Positions 1 to 14,619 of a DNA stretch of 64,000 bases are shown here, one piece after another. The notes under the pieces are model-generated. The model worked only from the letters and a program-made list of their open reading frames with translations. It ran no database searches and had not been told where the DNA came from. Location: the NCBI RefSeq assembly GCF_009914755.1, contig NC_060932.1; one strand, given 5' to 3'. The position numbers and the translations under genes were made by a program. Every line of letters starts with the position of its first letter. Positions within the stretch are counted from its first letter, which is position 1. This DNA comes from the human T2T-CHM13v2.0 reference genome, Homo sapiens.

Positions 1-1100
1 CAAAGGAAGTTCAAGAGAAAATGGAAGGTGACTTAATAAAGATAAGAATTACAGAAAACTTCAGGAATTTTAAGATCAAGGGAGCAGGGGAATAGGGCAG
101 TAGCTAGAGAGGGAACTGGGATGAAGTGAGAACTTTGTTTGTTAGTGTTGAGATGAATGTTATTTCAGCATGTTTGTGTGTGATACACCAATCTAGAGAA
201 AGGAGTTGAAGCAGGAGAGTGATATGATAGCAATGAGGATAAAGTTCTGTGGGTGAAAGGCAGAGGGATTCTCTGGACAAGTGGAAGGGTTAATCTTCAC
301 TAAGAATGTCACAGTTTGTCCTCTGCCGCAGAAGAAAGACAGAGCCTGTTGGCGCAGAGGCTGGGAATTGTGTGGTTAGGGGAAGATAAACAATTATCTG
401 ATTGCTTCTATGTTCTCACTGAAATAGACCAGCATTCGAGAGTGAAGAAGTGCAGAGGGCTGTTGGAGATTTGAGTAGTGACAAGTTGTGAGATGCTCAC
501 CGCACAGAGTAGGAGAGTGAAATGAGCAGGAAGATATAGCAGGAATGCCCACCTCCTTGAGGCTTGTGGTCATGGACTCCAGATGATACCACTCGAGGTG
601 TTTGCATGTTTTTCATTATTTCTGTTCACCTGGATGCAAGCATTTAGCCAAAGCTTGGAGGCTTCCTCAGGATGGCTTCCAAAATGGAAAGAGAAGGAGA
701 CAAAGGATAGATTGATTTTAGTAAGGGACTGTGGAATGAAAACAGAAAATGTGTGATGGCCAGTGCACACAGGGCCTATGATCTGGAAGCTGCGGGAGGT
801 CAAAAATTATTGGAGTAGAAGCGCTAGAGAGAGTAAACTGGAATTTTGGAGGTGATGGCCAGAGTTGGATATTTATTATCAAGATACTAGAGGTGGAACA
901 GGATATTAGAGGTGGTAATGACAAGATCCAGGTTGTGAATATGGGAGTGATTGGTTGAGGTAGGGCTGAGATGATTACCGAGCTGATTATTGAAGATGAT
1001 ATCATGACACTGGGAAGTGACCATGTTTCATGGATCAAGTACCTGGATGTAGAAGTCATAGGAGGACATGGGAAGGCTGGAGGGAGAAAAGGCTATAAAT
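1..1100 (-). mobile_element. Ancient LINE-2 (L2) body fragment
   Basis: Purine-rich degenerate sequence typical of antisense L2 (e.g. gggcagtagctagagaggg); no intact ORF; boundaries approximate. Confidence 0.55.
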
Positions 1101-2069
1101 AAATGCAACAAAGAGCGATGGCAAAAGCTTCTGAATCTCATGATGCAATCTTAAAAGATCTTGCCTTTTCCTGTTGAGCAGTGTTGGGGAAGGGTGTGTC
1201 CTTGATGGCTAATTGGAGGTGTTCTGATGCAGGCTGCCTGGTAGGCTGGCATATGGAGAATGCAGGAGAGGCTCCAGGGTCTTGCAGGGGAATGTGTCCT
1301 CACTCTTGCTTCCATCCTGCCTGCCACTGCTGAAGCACAGAAACTCTGATAGATGCCTGGCCGGCTGTGAGAACAGGTGGTATCTTTCTGCAGCAAGTCA
1401 TAGGGGCCAACAGAGGCCTCAGACTTGGGGAAATTCAGTCACAGGAATGGTTAAACTGCACCACAACTGGGGCAGGGAGTGGTCAGTGTGCGTGTGTGCT
1501 GGGGAAAGAGAACACAAGCAAAGGAGGCACATTGTCTTGTCACCCCAGTAAATGATCCGTAACAGGGTCCCATCCATCATATGGGGTTTCTCAGAAGATT
1601 TCCTTTCCCATCTCCATGATTCCCACCCATCCCAGCTTGGTAACACCATTTTGATTCAATGGTGTAGCTACTGGAGTTCTGAGTACTCACACCTCTGGTA
1701 GTGAGGCATCTGCCGACAGCCGGATTAGAGACATTGTTTGATGGCATTACTTTTAGTCCATTTGATCACAGAGATCTGAGATGGAGCTGATATCTCACAA
1801 CTGGATATTTGGATCAGCAAAATGACAACTGTTTAAATAACAGTTTCTCCAAAATATAGTCTTTTTCTGAGGCTTATTGTAATGTTTATGTTCCTGTGCT
1901 TTGTTTTTTGAAGCCGATATTCTTGGAGCTTTTCTTTTTTTCTCCTCCTGTGACCATCAGAAGATGGCAGCTGACTTGCCCGCCTCAGCTCAGCTTCCTT
2001 TTGTATTCTGTTTCACTGGTTGTCACAAGTTTTGTGTAGCATGATGTTCAGATGCCACCTGAGAGAGTG

Positions 2070-2290
2070 CCGTGTATGGTGCTGGGACTCTAAAGAGTCA
2101 CGCATATCTGAGTTTGAACCTCCACTGTGCCACAAGCCTGCTGTTCCTTAACCCTCTCTGTTCCTCAGTTTCTTCTTCTATTTAATGGGACTAATAATAG
2201 GCTTTCTCTCATGGAACCGATATGGGCATTACATGAGGTAAAGCATGCTGACTCAGAGTAAGCATTCAACAAGTCAGTGCTAATAAGATC
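2070..2290 (+). mobile_element. MIR SINE
   Basis: MIR core-like ttaaccctctctgttcctcagtttcttcttctatttaatgggactaataatag. Confidence 0.7.
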
Positions 2291-2360
2291 ACTTCAATCA
2301 ACAATGTCATTTTTATGATCAGGGCCAAAAGCACTGCTGTAAATCATCTTTCAGTAATCA

Positions 2361-2742
<382 letters not shown>

Positions 2743-2844
2743 CAGTTAGGGTTGTATTCAAATATGCTTCTAAGGGATGCTAGGTCTAAGAGACAGCAGA
2801 TATGAGATCTCTAAAATCTTTTAGGAGGGCTGGCACATCATCCA

Positions 2845-3360
2845 GTGCTCTTTCAGTTTCAAGTGACAGAAACCCAATTCATATTAGCTTAAGGAAAAAG
2901 CATAACCAATCTTCAAATAAGCAGAAATAAAGGTGGCATAAGACCGACAGAAACTTTCCTTCTCCTACCCTCTTACTCAAACCTCCTGTTTTTTTCCTTT
3001 CCTTTCTCAAGTCAGTTTCCATCTCTGTGCTGACTCCCTTCTCTCATGTTTTCCATCTGATTAAGGACCCGGCTATGGGAAATTCTGAAGTAACATCCTT
3101 ATACCTGGAAACCCAAGGAGAAAGAATGAGCACTTTCTTCATCTCCAATTTGTGACAGTTCCGGGGAAGAACTCTGATCGGTCCAGCCTGGGTTACAATC
3201 CAAGCCCTAGGGGATGGGGAGCCCTGATTGGCAGCTCTGTCAAAGTCAAAGGAACCAGGAGAGGGCGGAGCAGTTCTCTAAAGAGTAGCAATGGGAGCCA
3301 TGTTAACAGAAGGCAAGGGATGGGTGTCTGGGTGCTCCCAAATAGCTAATGTCTACTGCG
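2845..3360 (-). mobile_element. Old MaLR LTR (MLT1J/K-like)
   Basis: tttcagtttcaagtgacagaaacccaattc...agcttaagg terminus and gaactctgatcggtccagcctggg motif. Confidence 0.5.
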
Positions 3361-3452
3361 ATGGGAAGCCCTGGGAACTCCAGCTTTTCAAAGGTGACCA
3401 GACTCTTGTGAGGCTCCAGTCTGCTCAATAAAGTGGTTAAGAGTATAGGTGT

Positions 3453-3578
3453 GGCCAGCACAGTGGCCCATGCCTGTAATCCCAGGACTTCGGGAGGCCA
3501 AGGCCAGGAGGATCTCTTGAGCCTGGGAATTCGAGACCAGCCTAGGCAATGTAGTGAGACCCTGTCTCTACAAGAAAA

Positions 3579-3622
<44 letters not shown>

Positions 3623-3802
3623 AAATAAAATAAAACTAGCCAAGTTAAAAAAAAAATTGGCATACAGCTGTGTAGTTTCAGCTACTTGGGAGGCTAAGGC
3701 AGGAAAAGCACTTACACCCAGGAGCTCAAAGCTGCAGTGAGTATGATCGAGCCACTGCATTGCAGCCTGGGTGACAGTTCTGAAATAATAATAATAAAAA
3801 AA
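3453..3802 (+). mobile_element. AluJ with (TAAA)n-expanded middle linker, inserted in a MIR
   Basis: Alu arms; (TAAA)n at ~3575-3634; degenerate TSD aagagtataggtgt / aagagtgtatgtat. Confidence 0.92.
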
Positions 3803-4030
3803 GAGTGTATGTATGAAGTTTGACTGCCTAGAGTCAGAATCTATCTCTAATGCATTTTGGATGTGTCATCTTGGGCAAGTTACTTAATCTCTCTTGTGCT
3901 TTAGTTTTCTTATGTATGAAATGGAGATTTACCCATCTCACAGAGTGCTTTTTGAGGATTAAATGACATAATTAATGCATCATATTTAGCAGTGTCTGGT
4001 GCATATGAAGTGTATGTAATATGTTATTAA
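3803..4030 (+). mobile_element. MIR (continuation of element split by the Alu)
   Basis: tgtgtcatcttgggcaagttacttaatctctc...ttagttttcttatgtatgaaatgg core. Confidence 0.8.
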
Positions 4031-4364
4031 CCCAGCATCATATTATCATCATTATTTTCATTCACTGGCCCTACGTCCGGGCACTAACCCCTGCTTATAA
4101 ACTGAGAGCTCCCTTAACAAGACCTACACATTCTTCATTATCCACATTGTTTGGCATCTGCTTGAGGCCGAGTAAGTGGCCCCGGACCTGAGAATCTTCC
4201 TCCACAGCCCTGAGAATGTCCCGAATGGTTTCCTCTCACCTGGAGAGATTGGGGATGAATCTTTCTTGGCTGTGTGTTGACTACCTTGCTTTGGGGAAAG
4301 AAGAAGGGGTCAGTAAGATATGAAACAAGGCACCTCAAAAAATACCCTGAGAACAAGCATTTGA

Positions 4365-4460
4365 GGAAAATCTCGGAAAGGTTAAGTAACTTCCCCAAGG
4401 GTACCCAATTTGCAAGTCGAGGCAGAAGCCAAACCCAGGTCAGCTGAGCCCAAAGCCGGT
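4365..4460 (-). mobile_element. MIR fragment
   Basis: gaaaggttaagtaacttccccaaggg antisense core. Confidence 0.65.
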
Positions 4461-4523
4461 GCTCTTGCTACACGTGTCTCTGTTGTGGGTCCCACACTCC
4501 CTTGCTTGGCTTTCAAAGCCTTT

Positions 4524-4682
4524 AGGCACGCGCTATCATGCCTGGCTGATTGTTGTATTTTTACTAAAGACGGGGTTTCACCATGTTAACCAGGCTGGTC
4601 TCAAACTCCTGGCCTCAAGTGATCTGCCTACCTCGGCCTCCCAAACTGCTGGGATTACAGGTGTTAGCCACTGCGCCGGGCC
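4524..4682 (-). mobile_element. Truncated Alu (left arm + linker + start of right arm, no tail)
   Basis: Antisense left arm ending ...ccactgcgccgggcc. Confidence 0.9.
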
Positions 4683-6504
4683 CCATTGCCTTGCTTTCTT
4701 CCCTTCACTTACCTAAGTCCTTCCAGATCCAGATTGACTTCTGCTTTTCCATGAATTCCTCTCAGAAGATGCCCACCCTCAATGACATACCTCTGTGGCC
4801 ACCCATGCCTTGGTCATCGGGACCAACAGACCGCACTTCCCTGTGCTTTGATGACCATTGTTTAAGCTCCTCCCCCAGCTGGACAGCTCATCTCTTGGTA
4901 TCCCTACCTCCCTACAGGGCCTCACACAAGGTTGGGAACCTGCAAGACTCAATTTCAGGATGGAGGGATCTCAGGATGAGATTTAGGTAGCATGAAACTG
5001 GAGCTGAGATTGGCTGAAATCTCAGTACTTCAGGTATTAGATTTGCATGCCAGGAAGGGATTGACTGAGTGGAACCCAAGGCTTTCAGGGAGGGTGACAG
5101 GGCGGCACGGTTTCAAATTTCTCATTAAACTCAATCGGTAGTTATAAAAATATTATTGTTGTTGATATCTAATTTGATATTACAGACCACTCAGAGATCT
5201 GCTTCAACCTCGTTTACACAGCACCCTTTCCTGGGTCTTACAAGGGACAAGAATCATACTATCCACTGTGATCATCCCTGGGCAATATAGGATTTATGGG
5301 TCTCAGAGGATGTGAACAGCAGCACTGTTCACCCTCCCCACGGTCCAGGGACATTGGAGGTTTTCAATTATAACTTCATCTTATCCATGGGAAGGTAAAG
5401 GGCCCCGAGACCACAAGGAGTTACTGGAAAAACCAAGACTGGAATATAAGTCTCCTGAGTTTGGATTGATGCCATTGTCATAAAAGAAAGGAATAGGCTC
5501 AGAGGAGAAGTGGTTCCCAGTTTCTACCTCCCCGCCAGGCATCTCTCCAACCTGAGATTAATTCTCTGCTTTTGAGCCCTGAGCAACTTTCTGTCTGGCT
5601 GACAGCCTGGTTGAAGGAACCTCCCGGAAAGGCAGAATGGCCGGGGCCGGTAACAGGGTGAGGGGCCCTCACTATCCTTGCAGCCATCTATCCAGTGTCC
5701 CCAGCTACGCATGCTTTAAAGAGCAAAGATACCCCTAGATGTGTGTTTCTTTCAGAATTGGTGAATTATCAGTGTAATTTTGTTACTGCAACTGAGCAGA
5801 GGAAACAATTAGGTTTTGCTACACTTTCACGGAGTAAAAGAAGAAAAAGGAGAAGGAAAAGAAAGGAGATGGGTAGACAGATGGGCGGGTCCTCGCCACC
5901 CCAAGACCTCCCTAAACATGCACTTCCTTGTCTCTGCAGGCCTATGGTCACCTGGCAGCTTAACAAGGCTTCAGCTCCCTCCCTGGACCCTTGTTCTCAA
6001 GCCCCTGCCCAACACCATGCCCCTCATTCTTCCCTGGAACTTCCTTGTCATACTCCAAGACTGGCTGTATGTTTCATGTCATTCCCATGACTTCCCTCCT
6101 CAACTCTTCCGAAGTCTGCTCTAGCTTCTCCCAGACAGCCTTCCCACTCTTGAAGCTCTGCCTTCTTCCCTCCCTTCAAAAGCCTACCACCCACCCCCAG
6201 GTCTTTGACATGGTTTCTCTGTCCCTCAAGTCCTGGCTGTGCCTGTGTCCTTCCACCTGCTGTTGACCATTATCAACTTCCAAATGAGTCCTCTAGAGAC
6301 CTACCCAGCTACTTAGGCTGGTTACACATTTTTCACCCTGATGATCTCTCTTGATCTCTATACACACACAGCCTTCCCCTTCTCCAGTCAAAGAGAGAGA
6401 ATATAGCCCTCTGGACTGTCAGACAGGGAGTAGAAGAGAAAAAGTTTTGATGTCAAATGAAGGAGATCTGGATTCCAGTCCCAATTCACCCATAAATCAA
6501 CCAT

Positions 6505-7674
6505 CCCTTCGTTCATTCCTACATTCACTTATTCATCAGACATTCGATGTGAGCTCTGTGCCCGGCATCCAGCTAGAGGTCAGGGAACGACAGAAATGAT
6601 TAACGGAAAGGATGGCACAGAAATTGTTTATTGTCTCTGAGGAGACAGACACACAACCCAGGTACTGTGGTAGTGCAGTGATCGAGACAGGGGAGAGATG
6701 GAGGGAACACAGAGAAGGGCCCTCTTCTCAGCCTGGGAGGATAAAGGGAGCTGCCTTTCTGAGAAGGGGCAGCTGACCTGAGTCAGAGAAGCTAAAAGAG
6801 GAGGAGAAAAGAAAGAAGCAAGAAATCAGAGGTAGAGGATTTGCTGAAGCAAAGGCAAGCAGCTTCGAGCTGTGAGACGGGCATTTCGGGAGGGGCTGCG
6901 TTTGCCAGAGGCTGGCATCCATGTGGATTTATTGCTGCTACGCTCTGGGCAGAGAGTGCTTTGAGATGAGTTTGGGATGGATCCTGGAGGATTTCACAGG
7001 CCATGGGAGGGCAGGCTGAGACTTTATCTTGTAAGCGATGAGGGTCCATTTTAAAATTTTAAACAGAGGAGGTGAGGTACATGTTCTAATGTGTGTTTCT
7101 TCTAGGATCGGTTTAAGGGATGGACTTGAGGAAGGCCAGGAGGAGAATTGGGAGGCTGTAGCTGGAGTCCCCAGGGAGAAAGGAAGGAGATGAAAGGACA
7201 CTTTTGAAAAACGTTTAGGAAGTAGCTGTGGGAGAGATTGTTGGTTGGCTCTGGGAGGGCAGGAGATGGAGGTGACCCAGACTGAGCCAGAGATTCTAGG
7301 AGGAGCCGGGTGTGTGAGGGTAGGGGAGGAAGGGCAGTGGTCATTTAATTTGGGAAGGCTGAGTCAGAGACTTGGGAACTTGGTTGGAGATGTCCAGCAG
7401 GCGATTGTGTGTGGATGGGTCTGAGGGAGGAGTGAGGCAAAAGGCTGGCTGGAGGTGGGGACTTGAGGCTCCTCATCTTAGAGTGGTGTCCACATTGAGA
7501 GTGCCTAAGCTTTCCCCAGAGAGAAGGTGTCCAGGGGGCTGGGGACATCAGAAGGAGAAGCAACAGCCCATCAGGGAGTCGAAGAACAAAACAGAATGCC
7601 AGAAGAAGAGAACTGGGGCAGTGGGCTCTGCCTGAGCCAAGGACAGGAATGTAGCAAAGGAAACTGAAGGGCGG
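6505..7674 (-). mobile_element. L2 3' region, interrupted downstream by an MLT1 LTR and an Alu
   Basis: Antisense L2 terminus ttcattcctacattcacttattcatc...tgtgcccggca followed by purine-rich L2 body. Confidence 0.7.
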
Positions 7675-8025
7675 TGTTATGGACTGAATGTTTGTACTTC
7701 CCCCAAATTCACATGTTGAGGCCCTATTCCTTAATGTGATGGTGTTTGGAGGTGGGGCCTTTGGGAGGTAATGAGGTTTAGATGAGGGTGGAGTTCTCAT
7801 CATGAGATTAGAGTCCCCTTAACGAGAGACAAAGCTCTCCCCTGCTGCCCAAAACCATATGTCAGCCCTGCGAGGACACAGGGAGAAGGTGGCTGTCTAA
7901 GCCAGGAAGCAGAAAACATGACCAAGGCTGGGACCTTGATCTTGGACTTCCTAGACACCAGAACAGGGGGAAGAAAAAAGTCTGTTGTTGAAGTCACTGG
8001 TCTCTGGTATGTTGTTATAGGAGTT
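7675..8025 (+). mobile_element. MaLR solo LTR (MLT1A0-like)
   Basis: tgttatggactgaatgtttgt...cccaaattcacatgttga...ggaggtggggcctttgggagg...ccttgatcttggacttcc. Confidence 0.88.
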
Positions 8026-8179
8026 CACTAGGGTGAACCCATTTCCTGATTCCTCTGGGACCAGGAATTCATTATGAAGAGCTGTCTTCAGGGGAGAGTT
8101 GGGGCAGATGTTTGGCTTAATAAATTAAGGAGTAAATAGGAGACGTGGAAATAGGAGCTGTGCATGAAGACTATTCTTT

Positions 8180-8478
8180 CTTTTTTTTTCTTTTTTTGAG
8201 ATGGGGTCTTGCATTGTTGCCCAGGTTGGAGTGCAGTGGCCCAATCTCAGCTCACTGTAACCTCTGCCTCCTGGGTTGAAGCAATTCTCCCACCTCAGTC
8301 TCCTGAGTAGCTGGGATTACAGGCACCCGCCAGCATGCCCAGCTAATTTTCTGTGTTTTTGGTAGAGACGGGGTTTCACCATGTTGGCCAGGGTGGTCTT
8401 GAACTCCTGATCTTGTGATTCACCTGCCTCAACCTCCCAAAGTGCTGGGTTTACAGGTGAAAGCCACTGGGTCTGGCC
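8180..8478 (-). mobile_element. Alu (AluS-type) with 15-bp TSD
   Basis: TSD tgaagactattcttt at 8165-8179 and 8482-8496. Confidence 0.96.
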
Positions 8479-9242
8479 GATTGAAGACTATTCTTTAAAA
8501 ACCTTTGGCTGAGAAAGAGAGGGAAAGAGTTTATCCAATAGCTACAGAGGATCAAAGTATCTAGGAGGTCTCTATGAAATGTTTGTTCTGGGGCCGGGCA
8601 CTGCATCTCGCTTAATATTCAACTGAAAAGTCTTGGTATGAAGGACATTTCCATATCCATTGATGGTCACTGCTGAAGGGACGACTGAGTATCTTACTCC
8701 ATTCCATTTCCCTGTAACTCCATTGATAACTTTTGTTTAGAACTCAATGCCAGGAAACAGTTGTTTCTTCTGAATAAACATGCTCTCTTTCTTTCATCTG
8801 ACAGTAATGGCTTGCAACATGTTATGTTCCTTTTTTTACTTTGCCTGCTAGGAAGCCCAGAGGCCAATTTATGGCTAGCTATAGTGAAGAGTCTGTTTCT
8901 GGCTCTTGGCACAAAAATCTCCTCCTTTGCCTAGATGATTTCTGATTCCTTTTACATCTTTATTTTATATTCACATGTATACAAGTACAGTTGTTATGTT
9001 TTTTTAAATGTTCAATATAAGTTTATTGAGCAAATAAAACCTGCAAATGGTGATTTTCTTCATAAATTGAAGTACTTCGATTGTCATAACATGTGTTCTG
9101 CACGTAGTTTTTGACCAAATGTGAAATGTTTCTACAGTTAAACTTCAAATGCGAGTCATTATGTAAATATCATTTTATTTTAAGCTGTAGAAAATCCTTC
9201 CTGAACATAGGGAGGGTATAAATCACAAAAAACGGGAAGAGG

Positions 9243-9360
9243 CTTAACCTCTCTGCATCTCAGGTTCTCCATCTGTGAAATGGTGATAACAGTTCCTGTC
9301 TGCCTGACTCAAGAGATAATGGATATGAAAACAATTTGATGGGAGCAAAACATTACACGA
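9243..9360 (+). mobile_element. MIR fragment
   Basis: cttaacctctctgcatctcaggttctccatctgtgaaatgg. Confidence 0.7.
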
Positions 9361-10320
9361 AGTCAAAGTAACATAAATAATATATTGCTTTTTGTTGTTG
9401 TTTATATTCCTCAAAATGTGTAGCATGAGTCCTTGGCTGATGTATGGAAAATGGAGCTTGGAGTGAGAGTGGTCTTCATGAGACTTTTTGACAGTCCACA
9501 AGTCAGTGCCTTATTTTCAGAGGGTGATTGGCGTTTGCTGTAGGGTAAGGCTGACTGCCCATCTATGGGGTTTCCCAGGTGTTTGGGGTGGGACGAGAGT
9601 GAGGGGGATCAATGGTTAAGAGGTAACCTGCCTTCCTTGTTACGCCGGATGGCAGGCCTCTCTCCCTGGGATTTTCCCAGCAGTCTTTACGGAAGGCTCT
9701 TCTGCTGGAAGTTACAAAGAGCATGAGGTGATGTGTGTGGGAGAAGCAGTGCTGAGGTTGATGAAGAGCCGCCAGCCGCCTGCAGGCCTGGAGGGGGCCA
9801 TTTCTGCGTTGCTGTGCGGTCTGCAGGGTGATCGAGGGAGAAGGGATGACGGATGGGAGCAGGGCTTCCTCCCTGCCTTGGTCTGCTGGTTGGCCCATCA
9901 CTCACACCCCCTGATGGACTGCCTCCTTCCACAAAGGCAGGGCTATAGGGTGGGTTATAGATGAGCTGCTGTAAAAACTACTTTTTCTAATTACATTTTT
10001 GAGCTTGGGATGTGGCTGTCCATGGGAGGTGGGAGGTGCCTGATTCTGGAGGAGGAAGTGGAGAAATAAAGTGAGAGGAGAGTGTGGGAGGTTCTTGGGT
10101 TGTGTCGATAACTCTATTTAAACAGCTAAGAAGCATCTCTGGGTTTCAGGACTGGCTGTGGGTGAAACCATGACTGGGCTTTGATGATCTTTCCTGGATT
10201 CACTCACTTATTCACTCAACAAACACCTCCTGAATGACTACAATGCGTGAGGCACTGTGTACAAGGCATTCTCTAGACAGAACTTGTCGTACTTTATTTT
10301 GCATGTGAAGCACTCATGGA

Positions 10321-10634
<314 letters not shown>

Positions 10635-10639
10635 ACGAA

Positions 10640-10762
10640 TTTTGTTAAAACAGAGTGTGTTTCAGTGGTTATGGGGCAAGGCCTGAGACTCTATATTCCT
10701 GACAAGCCCTGATGTCCGCCAGTGCTCCTGATCCACAGAGCATACCCTGTGTGATAGCAAGA
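10640..10762. mobile_element. MER5-type hAT DNA transposon fragment
   Basis: ttcagtggttatggggcaaggcctgagactctatattcctgacaagcc resembles the MER5 core. Confidence 0.5.
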
Positions 10763-11711
10763 GCCCTGGACACACAGTCAGGTACGACGTGGCCTCCCCA
10801 CATCCATGTCATTTACATTGTGCCTCGAGGGTGAGCTAGATTTTTATAAGTAAGAAGAGGAGGAGAAGGAGGCTGGGGAGAGTGGGGAAGATGCTTTCCA
10901 AGGCTGATAGAAGAGTGTGAACGGAACATGCTCGTGGGCAGGTTAGTTCCGAGAGAGAGGAGGATTTCTGGACCATCCCATTGCCAATGAGTTTGGAGCC
11001 TTTTCTATAGCAAGTGAGAAGCTATATTCAGAAGGGAGTGAAAGATCTAACCTGTATTGTGTGCACTTCCTTGTGGGGGCCTTTAGAGGGGGCTGGACAG
11101 AAGCTGAAGGCAGAGTGGGCTGCGAGGTCCTCTCAGGTCCTGGGGAAAGGCGAGGACACACGATAGAAGCTTGCTCGGGGTGTGGAGAGCTGGCAGACAA
11201 AGCTGCACTCCTCAGCCCGGGTGCTAAGCTCACACCACCCTCTGTCTCCTTGTTCACCCCAGAGGCATCAAGCTCTATGTTTTCAGCTTTTTTTCATGAA
11301 AATGAATCCTGTTGTTCTATCCTGAATACAAGCTTTCTGAAGACAGGGGGCCTCTTTTGTACCTTGCAAAGTAGCTTGTACTTAGCAGGTGCTCATTAAA
11401 TATTTGTTGCTGACAAGCGTTTGAGGAAAGTGATGAAGATGGGCTAATTCGCATGATCCCTTTAATGATTTGATCTGATGGCCTACAGTTTTATCTTTTA
11501 GGTTGCTGTCCTCCTCTCTCTCTCCCCGTTTGGTGGGAACATCTCAAGGTAGCAAGATTGAAAGGCAGTTGCCACAGAAGACGTTAAAACATACTTTAAG
11601 AGATGAATGTGTCACTTCTCCCAGGAGCAGTTGCTTTTAAAGAGAAGATAGAAGAAAGCCACTGGTGCTGGCTCCCCACCCCCTCTGCCCCCAGCCTCTC
11701 TTTCTCTCTCT

Positions 11712-12304
<593 letters not shown>

Positions 12305-12677
12305 ATCTTTCCCCAGTCTTAGCATGTGGATGTGAGAGCTGGAAGATTCCCAAAGACCTGGCCGGAGACTCCTGTTTGAAGGAGGAGAGGGAAGAGCCTT
12401 AAGGGGTTCCCAAGGTTGCACATCTGGGCAGGGACAGAACATCAGACACATTGTACGGCTGCAACAGGCTGGCACTGCTGACATCACAGACATCAGGACA
12501 GACCAGGAAGACACCCATCAAATTCTGGGCTGGAAGATACGGAATACTCTGACTTTACCCAAGGCTGAGCCTTCCTCAGAAGCTCCTGAGAAGAAAAGAA
12601 TTCAGGGGCCTCATGAATGAGGCTCAGAAATTTGGTGCAATAATCACCAATGAGCCCCAACCCAGGGAAGTGTAACG

Positions 12678-12780
12678 TATCACCCCAATTTTATAAGGAA
12701 GAACACTGAGGCTCAGAGAGGTAAAGTAACCCATCCAAGAGTCATAGAGGGGGATCGTCTGGGTCCAAAGCACAGCAGCC
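12678..12780 (-). mobile_element. MIR fragment
   Basis: ccaattttataaggaagaacactgaggctcagagaggtaaagtaac. Confidence 0.75.
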
Positions 12781-13199
12781 TCATGGGGAGCACCTTGTAC
12801 TGTGTCCTGTGCTACCCATTGGCAATGCAGACAGCAGGGGGGATGCGTGCATCTGGAGGAAGATTAGCATCAGCATTTCACCTGAAGCCTGAGGGCTCAA
12901 AGGAAAATGTTTTACAGGTAGCGGTAGCTCTTCAGAAAACCAGGGAGGGAAGTGACCAGGGATGTGTCTCTGCTTCTGCATGGCGTTATCATGCAAGCTG
13001 TGCAGTGTGCCCCAACTCTCAAGATCGGAGTCACTGCAGACCACCACCCGCAGCCCCAAATCTCTACCCTCTGGAAGGACGGAGAACATATTCAGGTGCA
13101 GACCTCAGCCCTCTGCATGCAGTAGAGGTGAAATAAGTCATCGTGGAAGGAATGAGTGAATGGAGAGAATCTGCGCTCAGAATCCCAACGATGGAATTG

Positions 13200-13430
13200 G
13201 AGGAATGTGGACCCTGGAGTCTGGATAATTTGGTATTATGTTCTGGCTCGAACTCATACTAGCTGTATGATTTTAGGTACATTTCTCAACCTTCTGAATC
13301 TCCATTTTCTCATTTGCAAACAGAGGTTGGATAGGAACACTCACTGTACAGGTTTATGGAGCGGCATTTAGGGAAACTATGGGCAGCCCCTGGCCTGGTG
13401 CTAGGGCCTGTGTTAAAAGTCGCTTTCCGT
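13200..13430 (+). mobile_element. MIR
   Basis: actagctgtatgattttaggtacatttctcaaccttctgaatctccattttctcatttgcaaa. Confidence 0.7.
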
Positions 13431-13518
13431 TTATAGTCCTGGAGTCACCCTTATTAACTGGATTCTACGGTTACTCTGTGCCTTGTTGTCTATAGGCCTT
13501 TGAGAAAGTCACATATCC

Positions 13519-13970
13519 TGTTTTTTGTTGTTGTCTGTTTGTTTTTGAGACAGGGTCTCACTATCTTGCCCAGGCTGTAGTGGAGTGGTGTGATATCCCA
13601 GCTCACTGCAGCCTTGACTTTGACTTCCTGGGCTTGAGCAATTCTCCCAACCTCAGCCTCCGGAGTACCTGGGACTACAGGTGCGTGCCACCATGACCAG
13701 CTAATTTTTCTGTTTTTTATAGAGATGGGGTCTTGCTGTGTTGCCCTGGCTGGTCTCAAACTCCTGAACTCAAGCGAGCCTCCCACCTCAGCTTCCTGAG
13801 TAGCTGGGACTACAGGTGCGTGCCACCATGACCAGCTAATTTTTCTGTTTTTTATAGAGATGGGGTCTTGCTCTGTTGCCCTGGCTGGTCTCAAACTCCT
13901 GAGCTCAAGCGATCCTCCCACCTCAGCCTCCCAGTGTTGGGATTATAGCAGTGAGCCACTGTGCCCAGCC
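13519..13970 (-). mobile_element. AluJ with internal 135-bp tandem duplication (three-arm Alu)
   Basis: Units 13651-13785 and 13786-13920 near-identical; cctcagc register at 13651, 13786, 13921. Confidence 0.95.
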
Positions 13971-14619
13971 TCACATACCCTTTGAACCTCAGTTTCCATA
14001 CCTGTGACTCAAGGAATGAGAACATCTGTCCTGCACATGTGTCTCTTATAAGGGTGGATGATGATAAGCTGATAATGTTAGTGAGAATGACAATAGCAAA
14101 ACATAGCAGTGTGGCTGTTGTCCACGGAGCACTGACTATGGAGCCAGGTGCTTTCAAGAACATGCAAAGCTTAAATCAGCCACGCCAAATGCTTAGAACA
14201 TATCCCAGGCATAGAAGGAGTGCCCTGAAACTGTTTGCAATTGTCAGTGTTTTTACACCAGGTGACAATAGTTGGGGAGACTTGTGGAAGCCCAATCAGT
14301 GGGAAAATCTCATGGTCAAGTGTGCTGGGCACTCCACTGTCAACTGGGAATTATTTTCTTCTGTGGCCTTCCTTTTATTCCCTCCAGAGCATTTCCAAGG
14401 AGCAGCCAGCATCTGTGACTTGCCTAGGGACTTAGTGAGTCCAGCCAGCCCAGAGTCCAGGCCCTGCTGCCCAGCCAACTCCTGGCTGCCCAAAAGCACC
14501 AGGCTGTTCTGTAAGTGGAGGGCAACTGCACCTGTCCCGCACTCAGCTTCTGTCTCCTGGACTCTTGCTAACAGCTTCCCAGCTAGTTTCTCACTTTCCA
14601 CTCGGCCCTTTAACCTATC

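Noticed and set aside
9020-9040. Back-to-back poly(A) signals on both strands
   Set aside because: AATAAA is frequent in AT-rich DNA; no upstream exon evidence
13490-13921. ORF with a repeated peptide
   Set aside because: Translation of the duplicated Alu segment, not a repeat protein
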